Source of the DNA: Mycolicibacterium smegmatis
Lineage (GTDB): Bacteria > Actinomycetota > Actinomycetes > Mycobacteriales > Mycobacteriaceae
Assembly: GCF_001457595.1 (NCBI RefSeq)
Contig: NZ_LN831039.1
Location: forward strand, 270,001-302,000
Reading direction: 5' to 3'
DNA: 32,000 bases
Below are positions 17,501 to 26,563 of the stretch, one piece after another. Position 1 is the first letter of the stretch; each line of letters opens with the position of its first letter. Position numbers and translations under genes: made by a program. The notes under the pieces are model-generated. The model was not told where the DNA came from. It made no database searches and saw nothing but the letters and a program-made list of their open reading frames with translations.

Positions 17501-18853
17501 GTGCGGCGCCTGCGTCTTCCCGCGTTCATCCGGTCGGCATCGCTGCGTACCAGGGTGGCGGTCGCGGCCGCCGCGGCAGCCTCGGCCGTCGTCGCGGCGT
17601 TCACGATCCTGACGTCGGTGGTGCTCGCGAGCAACGATGCGGCACAGCTCGATCGGCGTCTCGACGCGATCGTCGACGCCAGCATCAACCCGGAACACCT
17701 GCAGGATCCGCAGCGCGGCGTGCTCACCACCGGACGCACCCGCACGGGCGGTCAGGTGGTGTTCCAGCGCGGTTTCCAACTTCCCGCGCTGCCGCCGGGC
17801 ACCGCCACCGTCGAGGTGAACGGTGTGGACTACCGGGTCCGCACCGTCTCGGTCGACCAGCAGGGCGGCATCATGATGTCGATCGGTATCCGCGCCGACT
17901 CCATCTTGTTGAGCGCCAACCGGATTCCGCTGTACGCCGCGGTCGGGGTGGTGACGGTCCTGGTGGCCGCCGGTCTGGGCTGGTTGCTCGCGGGCCCGGC
18001 GATCCGGCCGCTGCGCAAGCTCACCGAGCACACCTCCAAGCTGGGCAGCGGCGGCCCCGACACCCTGCCCGAGGTGCGCGGCGTCCGTGAGGCCGAGGAC
18101 CTCTCGGAGGCCATGTCGGGCATGCTGACCCGGCTCGCGGCCGCGCAGCGCGCGACGACGAATTCGCTTCAGGCGGCACAGGATTTCGCGGCCAACGCCG
18201 CGCACGAACTGCGGACGCCGTTGACCGCGATGCGCGCGGATCTCGACACGCTGCGCATCCACGACCTGCCCGAGGACGAGCGCGACGAGGTGGTGGCCGA
18301 CCTGTCCCGCGCACAACGGCGCGTCGAGGCCATCATCACCGCACTGGGACAACTCGCGTCGGGCCAGCTGGCGCAGGCCGAGGATCGCGAACTCATCGAC
18401 ATCACCGACATGCTCGACCGGGTGGCGCGCGAGAACACCAGGGCCGACACCGATGTGCGCATCGAGGTGCACGCCGACGACGACGTGGGCCTGGTGCTCG
18501 GCTGGCCGGGCGGGCTGCGCATCGCCGTGGACAACCTGGTGCGCAACGCGATCACGCACGGCGAGGCCGGCCGGGTCGTGGTGTCGGCGCACCGCACCGG
18601 TCAGATGCTGACCATCGTCGTCGACGACAACGGCCGCGGGCTGCCCGTCGAGGAACACGAGACCGTGCTGGGCCGGTTCCGCCGCGGCAGCACCGCGGTG
18701 GCCGGTGGGTCGGGTCTGGGGCTTGCGCTGGTGGCGCAGCAGGCCGAGTTGCACGGCGGGCAGATCAAGCTGTCCGACGGTCCACTGGGCGGCCTGCGCG
18801 CGACCCTGACGGTGTCGATCGCACCGACCGGTCCGACGGATCAGTTGGCCTGA
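17501..18853 (+). CDS. Sensor histidine kinase (two TM segments, HAMP, HisKA, HATPase_c; PrrB-like)
   Basis: TM1 VAVAAAAAASAVVAAFTILTSVVL, a periplasmic loop of about 110 aa, TM2 LYAAVGVVTVLVAAGLGWLLA, and HAMP. H-box FAANAAHELRTPLTAMRADLDTL, N-box VDNLVRNAITHG, G-boxes DDNGRGLP and GSGLGLALV. Confidence 0.9.
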   Translation: MRRLRLPAFIRSASLRTRVAVAAAAAASAVVAAFTILTSVVLASNDAAQLDRRLDAIVDASINPEHLQDPQRGVLTTGRTRTGGQVVFQRGFQLPALPPGTATVEVNGVDYRVRTVSVDQQGGIMMSIGIRADSILLSANRIPLYAAVGVVTVLVAAGLGWLLAGPAIRPLRKLTEHTSKLGSGGPDTLPEVRGVREAEDLSEAMSGMLTRLAAAQRATTNSLQAAQDFAANAAHELRTPLTAMRADLDTLRIHDLPEDERDEVVADLSRAQRRVEAIITALGQLASGQLAQAEDRELIDITDMLDRVARENTRADTDVRIEVHADDDVGLVLGWPGGLRIAVDNLVRNAITHGEAGRVVVSAHRTGQMLTIVVDDNGRGLPVEEHETVLGRFRRGSTAVAGGSGLGLALVAQQAELHGGQIKLSDGPLGGLRATLTVSIAPTGPTDQLA

Positions 18854-19209
18854 GCCTTGCGTCGCGCGGCGGCCAGCACGCCGCGCCAGCCGAGCAGAAG
18901 TGCCGCGGTGACCAGCGAGGCCACCACGATGAAGCTGACGGCGGTGCCGGCCGAGGTGAGCTTGCGCAGCAGCATGCCGACGACGATGGTGCACAACCAC
19001 ACCGCGATGCCGGTGGGCGCCAACGATGTCGGGCGCTGCCAGCCGCGCGAGACCACCCAGCCGACGAGCGTGCCGACCAGAAACGGCCAGGCCGTCTCGG
19101 CGACGCCGGCCACGGTGATCCCCTCGGCGTGGCTGCGCCTGCCGATCGTGCAGAACACCACCACACAGACCAGATCGGCCAGCAGGGCGCGGGCGCTAGT
19201 CGCTCGCAT
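18841..19209 (-). CDS. DUF3054-family small integral membrane protein
   Basis: 122 aa with 4 TM segments and the motif DLVCVVVFCTIGRRSHAEG...TAWPFLVGTLVGW, which I recognise from actinobacterial DUF3054 proteins. Its 3' end overlaps the kinase 3' end convergently by 13 nt. Its start overlaps the upstream M23 gene stop by 14 nt. Confidence 0.6.
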   Translation of the reverse strand: MRATSARALLADLVCVVVFCTIGRRSHAEGITVAGVAETAWPFLVGTLVGWVVSRGWQRPTSLAPTGIAVWLCTIVVGMLLRKLTSAGTAVSFIVVASLVTAALLLGWRGVLAAARRKAQAN

Positions 19210-20410
19210 ACGTCATCACATCCAATACCAGTGGGCTCACTTCGGACACTTCCCGGGTGGCGAAACCTGGTTGCAGCGCAGCCGGTTTGCCGTCCAGCAG
19301 CGCGTCACCGGCGGTGGCGGAGGTCAATCGGGAATCCAACCGGAACGAGTCGAACACAAACGGTAGCCCATCGGCCGCGAGCGGATCGGGGCCGTCCATG
19401 ACATGGAAGTGCAGGTGCGGGGCATCGGAGTTTCCGCTGTTGCCCAGCGACGCGATCACCTGCCCCGTGGCGAGCTGATCACCGGGCTTGACCTTGAGGC
19501 TGCCGGGTTGCAGATGCGCGTAGAACGCGTACACGCCGTCGCCGATGTCCTGCACGATGTGGTTGCCGCCGTACTGCTCGAGCGTGAGCCCGCTCGGTGT
19601 CACCCCGGGCGTCTGCTCGGGCTGGCCGTCGAGCACCGACACCACCGGGCCGTCGGCGACCGCGCGGATCTCGGCGCCGAAGTACGGGTAGCTCTCGACG
19701 GCGGCCTTGTTGCCGGTGTAGATGCGGCCGTCGGTACCGAGTTGCACATAGTCGATGGCGAATCGCTCTGCGGCCCAGATTTTTCCGTTGATCGGGTTGA
19801 GCGCCATGCGGTGCGCCGTCATGTCGCAGCAGCTGTTGATGTCCAGCCACCCGTCACCGGTCAGCGGCGGCGAGATCGACGGCGGCTTGCGCGTCTGCAC
19901 GCTCACCGGTGCGATGGTCTCGGTGACGTTCGCCGGGATGAGCGGCGGCATCGGCTTGGCGACCGTGAGGTCGATGGCATGGGTGAGCTCGGTGGGCACC
20001 TGCGCCGGATCGTCGGCGACGACGTCGAGCCATACGGTCGCACTCTGGCCGGGGCCGAGCACGTTGGCGGGTGCGGCGGGGTTGCCGAGCGCCCTGGTCC
20101 AGTACTTCAGGCTGTCGCCCGAGAGGGTCAGCAGCTTGCGGTCACCGTCCATGACGCTCACGGCGTTCAGCGTGACGTTGCCCGACATCGGGTTGGTCAG
20201 CATCAGCTCGTACGCCAGATGCGTGCGGCCGTCGGTGGTGGGCACCGGGATCGGTTCGGCGAGCACCGATCCGATCACCGGCGTCGGCTGGGCCTTGGGT
20301 GTGGTGGTCGTGGTGGCCTCGGATTCGGTGGTCTCGGCCGACGAACATGCGGTCAGGACCACCAGGGCAGTGGCGGTGCCGAGCGACACCGCGAGGGTCA
20401 GATATCGCAT
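19196..20410 (-). CDS. M23-family metallopeptidase lipoprotein
   Basis: [22 protein letters not shown]|SS lipobox and a Thr-rich linker. C-terminal LytM/M23 motifs: GGNHIVQDIGDGVYAFYAHLQPGSLKVKPGDQLATGQVIASLGNSGNSDAPHLHFHV (HxxxD-type and HxH). The ATG at 20410 was chosen. The 145 upstream codons of the track ORF are off-frame over the neighbouring gene. Confidence 0.85.
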   Translation of the reverse strand: MRYLTLAVSLGTATALVVLTACSSAETTESEATTTTTPKAQPTPVIGSVLAEPIPVPTTDGRTHLAYELMLTNPMSGNVTLNAVSVMDGDRKLLTLSGDSLKYWTRALGNPAAPANVLGPGQSATVWLDVVADDPAQVPTELTHAIDLTVAKPMPPLIPANVTETIAPVSVQTRKPPSISPPLTGDGWLDINSCCDMTAHRMALNPINGKIWAAERFAIDYVQLGTDGRIYTGNKAAVESYPYFGAEIRAVADGPVVSVLDGQPEQTPGVTPSGLTLEQYGGNHIVQDIGDGVYAFYAHLQPGSLKVKPGDQLATGQVIASLGNSGNSDAPHLHFHVMDGPDPLAADGLPFVFDSFRLDSRLTSATAGDALLDGKPAALQPGFATREVSEVSPLVLDVMTYASD

Positions 20411-21501
20411 CAGTTGGGCTCCTGGCGTTCGGGTGCGGGTTCGTGCTGGTCGACCCTGTCGACGTCGAGATCGGTCTCGGTGCGGAACATGAAGAAGAAG
20501 ATCACCCACCCGATCGCGGAGATGAAGATCCAGCTGATCAGGCGGTAGATGAGCATCGCGGAGATGGCCGAGGCCAGTGTCATTCCCGACGTCACCAGAC
20601 CGGGCACCAGCACGGCCTCCACGACCAGCAGGCCGCCGGGCATGAGCGGGATCGAGCCGACCGCACGCGCGGCCGCGTACGCCACCGTGACCCCGGCCAG
20701 CGACGGATGACCGCCCGCGGCGTAGCACGCGAACGCCAGGCACGCGACGTCGGCGATCCAGTTGAACATCGACCAGCTGAACGACACCGTGAGGTCGCGG
20801 CGGCCCAGCTTGACCGCCTCCAGCTGTTTGAGGATCTCGCGCCACTTGGCCAGCCCGGTGTCAGATGGCTTGCCGCGCACCGAGTTCACCCAGTGCAGCA
20901 CCTTGACGCCGATACCCTCGATCAACTCGGGCCGCGACGCGACGGCCTGGCCGAGCAGCACCAACGCGAGCAACCCGCCGAGCGAGAAGATCAGCGACAG
21001 CGGGTTCTTGCTCGCACCGAGCATGAACGCACCGCCGAGGCCGAGCAGCGCCAGGCCGAGGACCTGCAGCACGCCCGACATCACCAGCTGCCACGACGCC
21101 ACCAACGGCGATGCGCCCCAGATGCGTTGCTGCCGGTATATGAACGTCGTCGAGAGCACCGGGCCGCCCGGCATCGTCGTCGACAACGCGTTGCCCGCGT
21201 AGTACGCGGCCTCCGAACGCCACTGGCGCACCTGCACGCCGGCCGACAGCAAAAGCGTCCGCTGGATCTGCGCGAAGCTGTGGATCGACGCCATGGCCGC
21301 GACGACCGCGGCCAGCACCCACCACACGTTCGCCGACACCAGGCTCTTCCACGCCTTCGCCAGCTGATCCCATACCAGCGTCACCTCGACACTGAGTACC
21401 GCGACCGCGACGGCGATCAGCACCCAGCGCAGCCACCAGTACTTGCCGCGCGCAGAACCCGCCCGGCCGCGGGCGGCGTCCGCCTGCGCGTCGTGTGACA
21501 C
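20410..21501 (-). CDS. Rv0204c-like polytopic membrane protein (UPF0104 / lysyl-PG-synthase TM, flippase-like domain)
   Basis: 363 aa from a GTG start, about 8 TM segments. General resemblance to flippase-like (LPG_synthase_TM) proteins: [17 protein letters not shown]...[12 protein letters not shown]...[18 protein letters not shown]...[19 protein letters not shown]. Its stop overlaps the M23 start (TGATG). Confidence 0.6.
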   Translation of the reverse strand: MSHDAQADAARGRAGSARGKYWWLRWVLIAVAVAVLSVEVTLVWDQLAKAWKSLVSANVWWVLAAVVAAMASIHSFAQIQRTLLLSAGVQVRQWRSEAAYYAGNALSTTMPGGPVLSTTFIYRQQRIWGASPLVASWQLVMSGVLQVLGLALLGLGGAFMLGASKNPLSLIFSLGGLLALVLLGQAVASRPELIEGIGVKVLHWVNSVRGKPSDTGLAKWREILKQLEAVKLGRRDLTVSFSWSMFNWIADVACLAFACYAAGGHPSLAGVTVAYAAARAVGSIPLMPGGLLVVEAVLVPGLVTSGMTLASAISAMLIYRLISWIFISAIGWVIFFFMFRTETDLDVDRVDQHEPAPERQEPN

Positions 21502-21574
21502 GCTCTACAGGGTAACCGCGCAGTTTGCGGGTTCACGACGGTTCACGCGGGCGTGCCGCGGTTACGCTACGGGC

Positions 21575-22714
21575 ATGGCCCTGGACCCCGTTGCCGACGA
21601 AGCAGTATCGCCTCTCGTCCGCAAGGCTGCCGCCTGGTCGTGGCGGCTCCTGATCATCGGCGGCGCGATCGTGGCGTTGCTGTGGCTGATCAAACGGCTG
21701 GAGATCCTTTTCGTCCCGGTGGCGCTCGCGACCATGGTCGCCGCACTGCTGCTGCCCGCCGTCGACTTCATGGACCGTCGCGGGGCCCCGCGTGGATCCG
21801 CGGTCGCGCTTGTGCTGCTCGGCGGTATCGCCGTGGTGGGCGGCATCCTGACCTTCGTCGTCACGCAGTTCATCCAGGGCGCCCCCGACCTGGTCGAGCA
21901 GATGACGCGCAGCATCGACGGCGTGCGGAACTGGCTGATTGACGGTCCGCTGCACCTGAGCAAGGAGCAGATCGACTCGGCCGGCAACACCGCGATCGAG
22001 GCGCTGCAACGCAATCAGGAGAAGGTGACCACCGGCGCGCTGTCCACCGCGGGCACGCTCACCGAACTGCTCACCGGGGCCGTGCTCACCCTGTTCACGC
22101 TGATCTTCCTGCTGCAGGGCGGGCGCAACATCTTCGCGTTCGTCACCAAGGCGTTCCCCGAGGACGTGCGCGAGCGTGTGCGCGACGCGGGCCGCGCGGG
22201 CTTCCACTCACTGATCGGTTACGTGCGCGCGACGTTCCTGGTGGCCCTCGTCGACGCCATCGGCATCGGCACCGGCCTGGCCATCATGGGCATACCGCTG
22301 GCGCTGCCGTTGGCGTCACTGGTGTTCCTCGGCGCGTTCGTGCCGCTCGTGGGTGCCGTCATCGCCGGCTTCCTCGCGGTGGTCGTGGCGCTGCTCGCCA
22401 AGGGCCTGGTCTACGCGCTGATCACCCTCGGTCTCATCATCGCCGTGCAGCAGCTCGAGGGGCACGTGCTGCAGCCGCTCGTGATGGGCCGCGCGGTGTC
22501 GATCCACCCGCTGGCCGTCGTGCTCGCGATCGCAGGCGGCGGTGTGCTCGCGGGCATCGTCGGCGCACTGCTCGCGGTGCCCGCGGTGGCATTCCTCAAC
22601 AGCGCGACGCGGGTCCTGCTGGCGCGCGATCCGCACGCAGAGGAGGAGGCCCTGGTCGCCGAGAGCACCACGATCATCGCCGCAGAGTCCGACGACCTTC
22701 CCGAACGGGAGTAG
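21575..22714 (+). CDS. AI-2E/PerM-family permease (Rv0205-like)
   Basis: 379 aa from the ATG at 21575. 7-8 TM segments with family blocks [31 protein letters not shown] and [29 protein letters not shown]. The upstream 44 codons of the track ORF lack membrane character. Confidence 0.85.
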   Translation: MALDPVADEAVSPLVRKAAAWSWRLLIIGGAIVALLWLIKRLEILFVPVALATMVAALLLPAVDFMDRRGAPRGSAVALVLLGGIAVVGGILTFVVTQFIQGAPDLVEQMTRSIDGVRNWLIDGPLHLSKEQIDSAGNTAIEALQRNQEKVTTGALSTAGTLTELLTGAVLTLFTLIFLLQGGRNIFAFVTKAFPEDVRERVRDAGRAGFHSLIGYVRATFLVALVDAIGIGTGLAIMGIPLALPLASLVFLGAFVPLVGAVIAGFLAVVVALLAKGLVYALITLGLIIAVQQLEGHVLQPLVMGRAVSIHPLAVVLAIAGGGVLAGIVGALLAVPAVAFLNSATRVLLARDPHAEEEALVAESTTIIAAESDDLPERE

Positions 22715-22721
22715 CCGGGCC

Positions 22722-22982
22722 CTACAGCCTGCCTTCGCGGCGCAGCAGGTCCTGCGCGCTCATGCCGCCGCCACGGCGCTTGGTCTCCGGATCCTCCGGA
22801 GCGTCCTCACGCGTGTTGAGCTTCTCGGTCGACGGTTCCTGCTCCCGCTGCGGGGGCGTGGGGATCGCCGTCGTCGCATCCGCGGGCGCACCGCCGTTGG
22901 GCGGACGCTGCGCGCTGAACGCGGTGGTGGGCGCGTTCTCGTTGCTCCGATCGGCGGGCCCGGCGGGCGGGCGGCCCTGCGG
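22722..22982 (-). other. mmpL3: Displaced authentic C-terminal coding segment of mmpL3 (86 codons plus TAG) in the frame offset by 2 nt
   Basis: The alternative frame reads PQGRPPAGPADRSNENAPTTAFSAQRPPNGGAPADATTAIPTPPQREQEPSTEKLNTREDAPEDPETKRRGGGMSAQDLLRREGRL*. G/C at the third codon position is near 90% and the composition continues that of the upstream Pro/Ala-rich tail. 927 + 86 = 1013 aa, the length I recall for M. smegmatis MmpL3. Confidence 0.8.
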
Positions 22983-25765
22983 GGCATGGCACGCGTGGTG
23001 TCCGTCGAAGGCCGCTGCGGCTGGGCCGGCGGCGGCTGGGGCACGTTCTTGGCCGGCGCGGGACCACGCAACGCGCCCAGCCAGGACTCGATCTCGCGTT
23101 CCTCGCGTTGCGGCGGGGCCGGCGGCTGCGCCGGGCCACCCGGGCGCGGCGCACGCTCGGTCGGCGCGGCCGCGCTGCCTGCGCCGCCGTGCACCGCGCT
23201 GTTGACCGCATTGCGAACGGCGTTGCGCGCCATGGCGAACCGCGTGGTGGCGGGTTCATCGCCGGCCTGCTGAGCGGGCGCCTGCGGCGGCTGCGGCGGC
23301 TGCGGCGGTGTCGAGATGCGCGCGGTACCCGCGGCCGACGGCGCGTTGCTGCGCATCGGCGGCATCGGGCGGACCGGTTCCGGTGCGGGATGCGTCGGAT
23401 CGTGCGGACGCGGTGGCGGCGGCGGTGCACCGACGCCCACGAGGGCCCGCTGGTCGGCCTCGGACTCGCGCACGGTGGGGCGCTTGCGCTCGTCGGGCAG
23501 TTCGGTCTCGCCGAGGCCCAGCTTCTCCTGCACCCGCTTCATCCAGCGCGGGGCCCACCAGCAGTCGTCGCCGAGCAGCTTCATGATGGCGGGCACCAGG
23601 AACATACGAATGATGGTGGCGTCCAACAGAAGTGCGATGAGCAGACCGAAGGCCAGGTATTTCATCATCACCAGGTCGGAGAACACGAACGCACCCGCGA
23701 CCACCGCGAGGATCAGCGCCGCACCGGTGATCAGGCGGCCCGTGGTCGCCGTACCGATGCGGATGGCCTCGGCCGTCGACATACCGCGTTCACGTGCCTC
23801 GACCATGCGGGACACCAGGAACACCTCGTAGTCGGTCGACAGACCCCAGATGACCGCGATGATCAGGCCGATCATGGGCGCCATGAGCGGCTGCGGGGTG
23901 TAGTTCATCAGCCCCGAGCCGTGGCCGTCGACGAACATCCACGTGAGGATGCCCATCGTCGAACCGAGCGTCAGCGCGCTCATCAACGCGGCCTTGATCG
24001 GCAACACCACCGATCCGAACGCCAGGAACATCAGGACGGTCGTCGTGACGATCAGGATCAGCGCCATCAGCGGCAGCTTGTCGAACAGGCTGTGGATCGA
24101 GTCCTGTTCAAGCGCCGGGGTTCCGCCGACGAACACCTCGATGCCGTGCGGTGGTTGCAGCGCGCGCAACTCGTCGATCTTCTTGGCCGCGTCGTTGCGG
24201 TTCTCCAGACCGTTCTGGATCACCCGCACCGACGGGTCCTTGGACCCGCTGTCGTTGGCCGGGCGTTCCTTCCACATCTTCTCCGGATCGTTGTCCGGGT
24301 CGGTGAAGCCGGAGACCGTGAGCGCCTTGGCGCGCATGTCGGCGATCTGGGCGTCGGTGATCGGCTCGCCGTCCTCACGCTTCATCACGAGCGTGAGCGG
24401 TTCGGTACGGAAACCGGGGAACAGCTTGTCGAATTGCTCCTGCGACTGGCGCACGGAGTTGTCCGGCGGCAGGTACTTCTCGCTGATGCCGCCGAGGGAA
24501 AGCTGCCCCAACGGGATGATCAGCAGCACCATGACCACCAAAATCGGTGCGGCGAACGCGATCGGGCGCTTCATCACGACGTTGACCAGCCGGCCCCAGA
24601 AGCCGCGCTCGACCTCTTCGCGCGTCTTGGTCTTCTGCGTCTTCTCGGCGAACCAGTCGATGATGCGCCGCGAGAACTGCCAGTTGGCCAGGAACGGGAT
24701 CTTCAGCAGCGTCGTCACGCCCAGCGCGTCGACTCGCGGGCCCAGGATCGCCAGCGCGGCCGCCAGCACGGTGATCGACAGGATCGCCGCGAGCATGACC
24801 GACGCGATGATGGCGTAGGTGATCGATTTCAGGAAGCCCTGCGGGAACAGCAGCAGCGGCACCGACGACGCGACGATGATCACCGCGGAGAACACGACCG
24901 TGCGTCCCGACGTCATCACGGTGCGGCGAACGGCCGCCTCGGTGTCGTAGCCCTCGGCGATCTCCTCGCGGAACCGGCTCACGATGAACAGGCCGTAGTC
25001 GATCGCGATACCGAGGCCGATCAGCGTGACCACCGGCTGGGCGAAGAAGTGCACGGGGGTGAACTCGGCGACCAGGCGCATGATGCCCAGCGCGCCCGCG
25101 ATGGCGAGGCCACCGATGATCGCGGGCAGGGCCGCGGCGATCACGGTGCCGAACACGAAGAACAGCACCACGGCGACCAGCGGGATGGCGGCCACCTCGG
25201 CACGCTTCTGGTCCTCGCCGATGGTGCCGGTCAGCTCACTGGCCAGCGGGTTGAGGCCCGCGAGCCGGATGTCGCCGTCGTTGACCTGCTGCAGCTCGGG
25301 CTCGACGACCTGATAGTTCTTGAGGATCTCGTCGTCGTCGTCACCTTGGAGCGGGATGCTGATGAACGTGTGCCGCAGATCCTCCGTCTTCATGGCGCTG
25401 ACGGTCGGGTCGGTGGTGTCGGGGGCCTTGAGCCAGCCCACCCAGCCGACGATCTGATCCTCGTGGTCCTTGACCACCTGATCGAGTTCCTCGGTGACCT
25501 TCTTCTGCCACGCCTTGTCGGTGACCTTCTTGTCGTCGGGAGGCGTCAGGATGGCCACCACGTGGCTGGTCCGGTCACGGCCGTACACCTCGTCGCCGAT
25601 CAGCGACGCCGCGACAGACTGGCTGCCCTCGTCGTAGAAACCGCTCTGCGTGACGTGGTTACCCAGGCTGATCCCGTAGACGCCGCCGCCGAGACACAGG
25701 GCCACCATCACACCGATGACGATGTACCTGAACTGGTACACGGTCCGACCCCACCAGGCGAACAC
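22760..25765 (-). CDS. mmpL3: MmpL3 trehalose-monomycolate transporter (Rv0206c orthologue); as read, the frame is disrupted near codon 928 and ends in an off-frame Arg-rich tail
   Basis: MFAWWGRTVYQFRYIVIGVMVALCLGGGVYGISLGNHVTQSGFYDEGSQS... is the M. smegmatis MmpL3 sequence as I recall it, with the conserved blocks AIDYGLFIVSRFREE and GLSTDYEVFLVSRMVE. After ...STDTTRAMP the translation becomes RRAARPPGPPIGATRTRPPPRSARS...RRRRSPRPRSGSRNRRPRSS, with many AGA/CGA/CCA codons. Confidence 0.9.
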   Translation of the reverse strand: MFAWWGRTVYQFRYIVIGVMVALCLGGGVYGISLGNHVTQSGFYDEGSQSVAASLIGDEVYGRDRTSHVVAILTPPDDKKVTDKAWQKKVTEELDQVVKDHEDQIVGWVGWLKAPDTTDPTVSAMKTEDLRHTFISIPLQGDDDDEILKNYQVVEPELQQVNDGDIRLAGLNPLASELTGTIGEDQKRAEVAAIPLVAVVLFFVFGTVIAAALPAIIGGLAIAGALGIMRLVAEFTPVHFFAQPVVTLIGLGIAIDYGLFIVSRFREEIAEGYDTEAAVRRTVMTSGRTVVFSAVIIVASSVPLLLFPQGFLKSITYAIIASVMLAAILSITVLAAALAILGPRVDALGVTTLLKIPFLANWQFSRRIIDWFAEKTQKTKTREEVERGFWGRLVNVVMKRPIAFAAPILVVMVLLIIPLGQLSLGGISEKYLPPDNSVRQSQEQFDKLFPGFRTEPLTLVMKREDGEPITDAQIADMRAKALTVSGFTDPDNDPEKMWKERPANDSGSKDPSVRVIQNGLENRNDAAKKIDELRALQPPHGIEVFVGGTPALEQDSIHSLFDKLPLMALILIVTTTVLMFLAFGSVVLPIKAALMSALTLGSTMGILTWMFVDGHGSGLMNYTPQPLMAPMIGLIIAVIWGLSTDYEVFLVSRMVEARERGMSTAEAIRIGTATTGRLITGAALILAVVAGAFVFSDLVMMKYLAFGLLIALLLDATIIRMFLVPAIMKLLGDDCWWAPRWMKRVQEKLGLGETELPDERKRPTVRESEADQRALVGVGAPPPPPRPHDPTHPAPEPVRPMPPMRSNAPSAAGTARISTPPQPPQPPQAPAQQAGDEPATTRFAMARNAVRNAVNSAVHGGAGSAAAPTERAPRPGGPAQPPAPPQREEREIESWLGALRGPAPAKNVPQPPPAQPQRPSTDTTRAMPRRAARPPGPPIGATRTRPPPRSARSVRPTAVRPRMRRRRSPRPRSGSRNRRPRSSTRVRTLRRIRRPSAVAAA
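23282..23308 (-). repeat. Perfect in-frame 9-bp tandem repeat (CTGCGGCGG x3 on the + strand) in the mmpL3 C-terminal tail
   Basis: ctgcggcgg ctgcggcgg ctgcggcgg encodes PPQ-PPQ-PPQ on the coding strand (STPPQPPQPPQAPAQQ). Confidence 0.9.
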
Positions 25766-25858
25766 TTAGGCTCCTAACGCTTCGATCAAATCTCCAGAGA
25801 CCCGCGCCTGCGCTGTGCGAGGCTGTTTGTCTGGGTCCGTTGTGGTCTTGTGCAGTTG

Positions 25859-26563
25859 TCACACACGCGAGGTCAGTAGCGACGACAACGGCCGGAACGG
25901 CTGCAGCCACGCCCCCTGCTCGGGTAGCGAGTCCAGGCCGATCCGTGGCAGCGGTTCCCGGAAAACACCAGGAATATCCTCCAGATCGACAAACTCCAAG
26001 GTATCCGACGCTAGCGCCCAGCTGGCATGTTCGCGAAATCCGAGAACCTGCACAGGCGTGCCCTCACGGGCGATTTCCTCCAGCGGTTGCCGGAACGCCT
26101 GCCCGTCCGCGGAGGCGACCAGTACCGCCGCCAGCCCCTCACGTCTGCGCAGTGCGATGTGGTCGAGCATGTCGCTGTCGACATCGCTGTCTTCATCGAT
26201 CTTCGGTTTGGCGAAGACGGCGAAACCCACGTTACGCAACGCCTCGACCCACGGGCGCACGACATCGGCGCTACCTGGGGCGATGTTGGTGAAGACCGTC
26301 GCCTCGGGCTCATGGGAGATCGCGGTTTCCTCCGCGCCGACACCGTCGGCCAGCTCGGCGGTATAGGCCAGAAGCCATCGGCCCAGCGCGTCGAACCGCG
26401 GGCGGTGCGCGGCTGTGGGCCTGCCGCCGAGAATCGACCCGAGGCCCATGTCCAGATTCGGTGCGTCCCAGACCAGCAGGACCCGTCGGACACCCGGAAC
26501 CGCATCGGTTTCGGGTGAGGATTCTTGCTGGAGGTCCTCCACGATGTCGGGCGTCACACTCAT
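25859..26563 (-). CDS. NYN/LabA-like (PIN-fold) domain protein, Rv0207c orthologue
   Basis: 234 aa from the ATG at 26563: MSVTPDIVEDLQQESSPE...RRVLLVWDAPNLDMGLGSILGG...DSDVDSDMLDHIALRRREGLAAVLVASADGQAF...VQVLGF. The acidic residue pattern is typical of NYN ribonuclease-like domains. Its ATG overlaps the trmB stop (ATGA). The 202 upstream codons of the track ORF are off-frame over trmB. Confidence 0.65.
   Translation of the reverse strand: MSVTPDIVEDLQQESSPETDAVPGVRRVLLVWDAPNLDMGLGSILGGRPTAAHRPRFDALGRWLLAYTAELADGVGAEETAISHEPEATVFTNIAPGSADVVRPWVEALRNVGFAVFAKPKIDEDSDVDSDMLDHIALRRREGLAAVLVASADGQAFRQPLEEIAREGTPVQVLGFREHASWALASDTLEFVDLEDIPGVFREPLPRIGLDSLPEQGAWLQPFRPLSSLLTSRV

Noticed and set aside
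23108-25777. 889-aa ORF on the + strand, antisense to mmpL3. Similar long antisense or off-frame ORFs occur at 6342-8351, 12189-13970, 13387-15414, 17390-19000, 19403-20548, 2125-3312, 4656-5735, 5563-6690, 27366-28505 and 30154-31953.
   Set aside because: Their products are dominated by Arg/Gly/His/Asp/Ala runs with no recognisable motifs. They lie exactly opposite or out of frame with genes that have clear family signatures. Stop-poor alternative frames are expected at about 67% GC.
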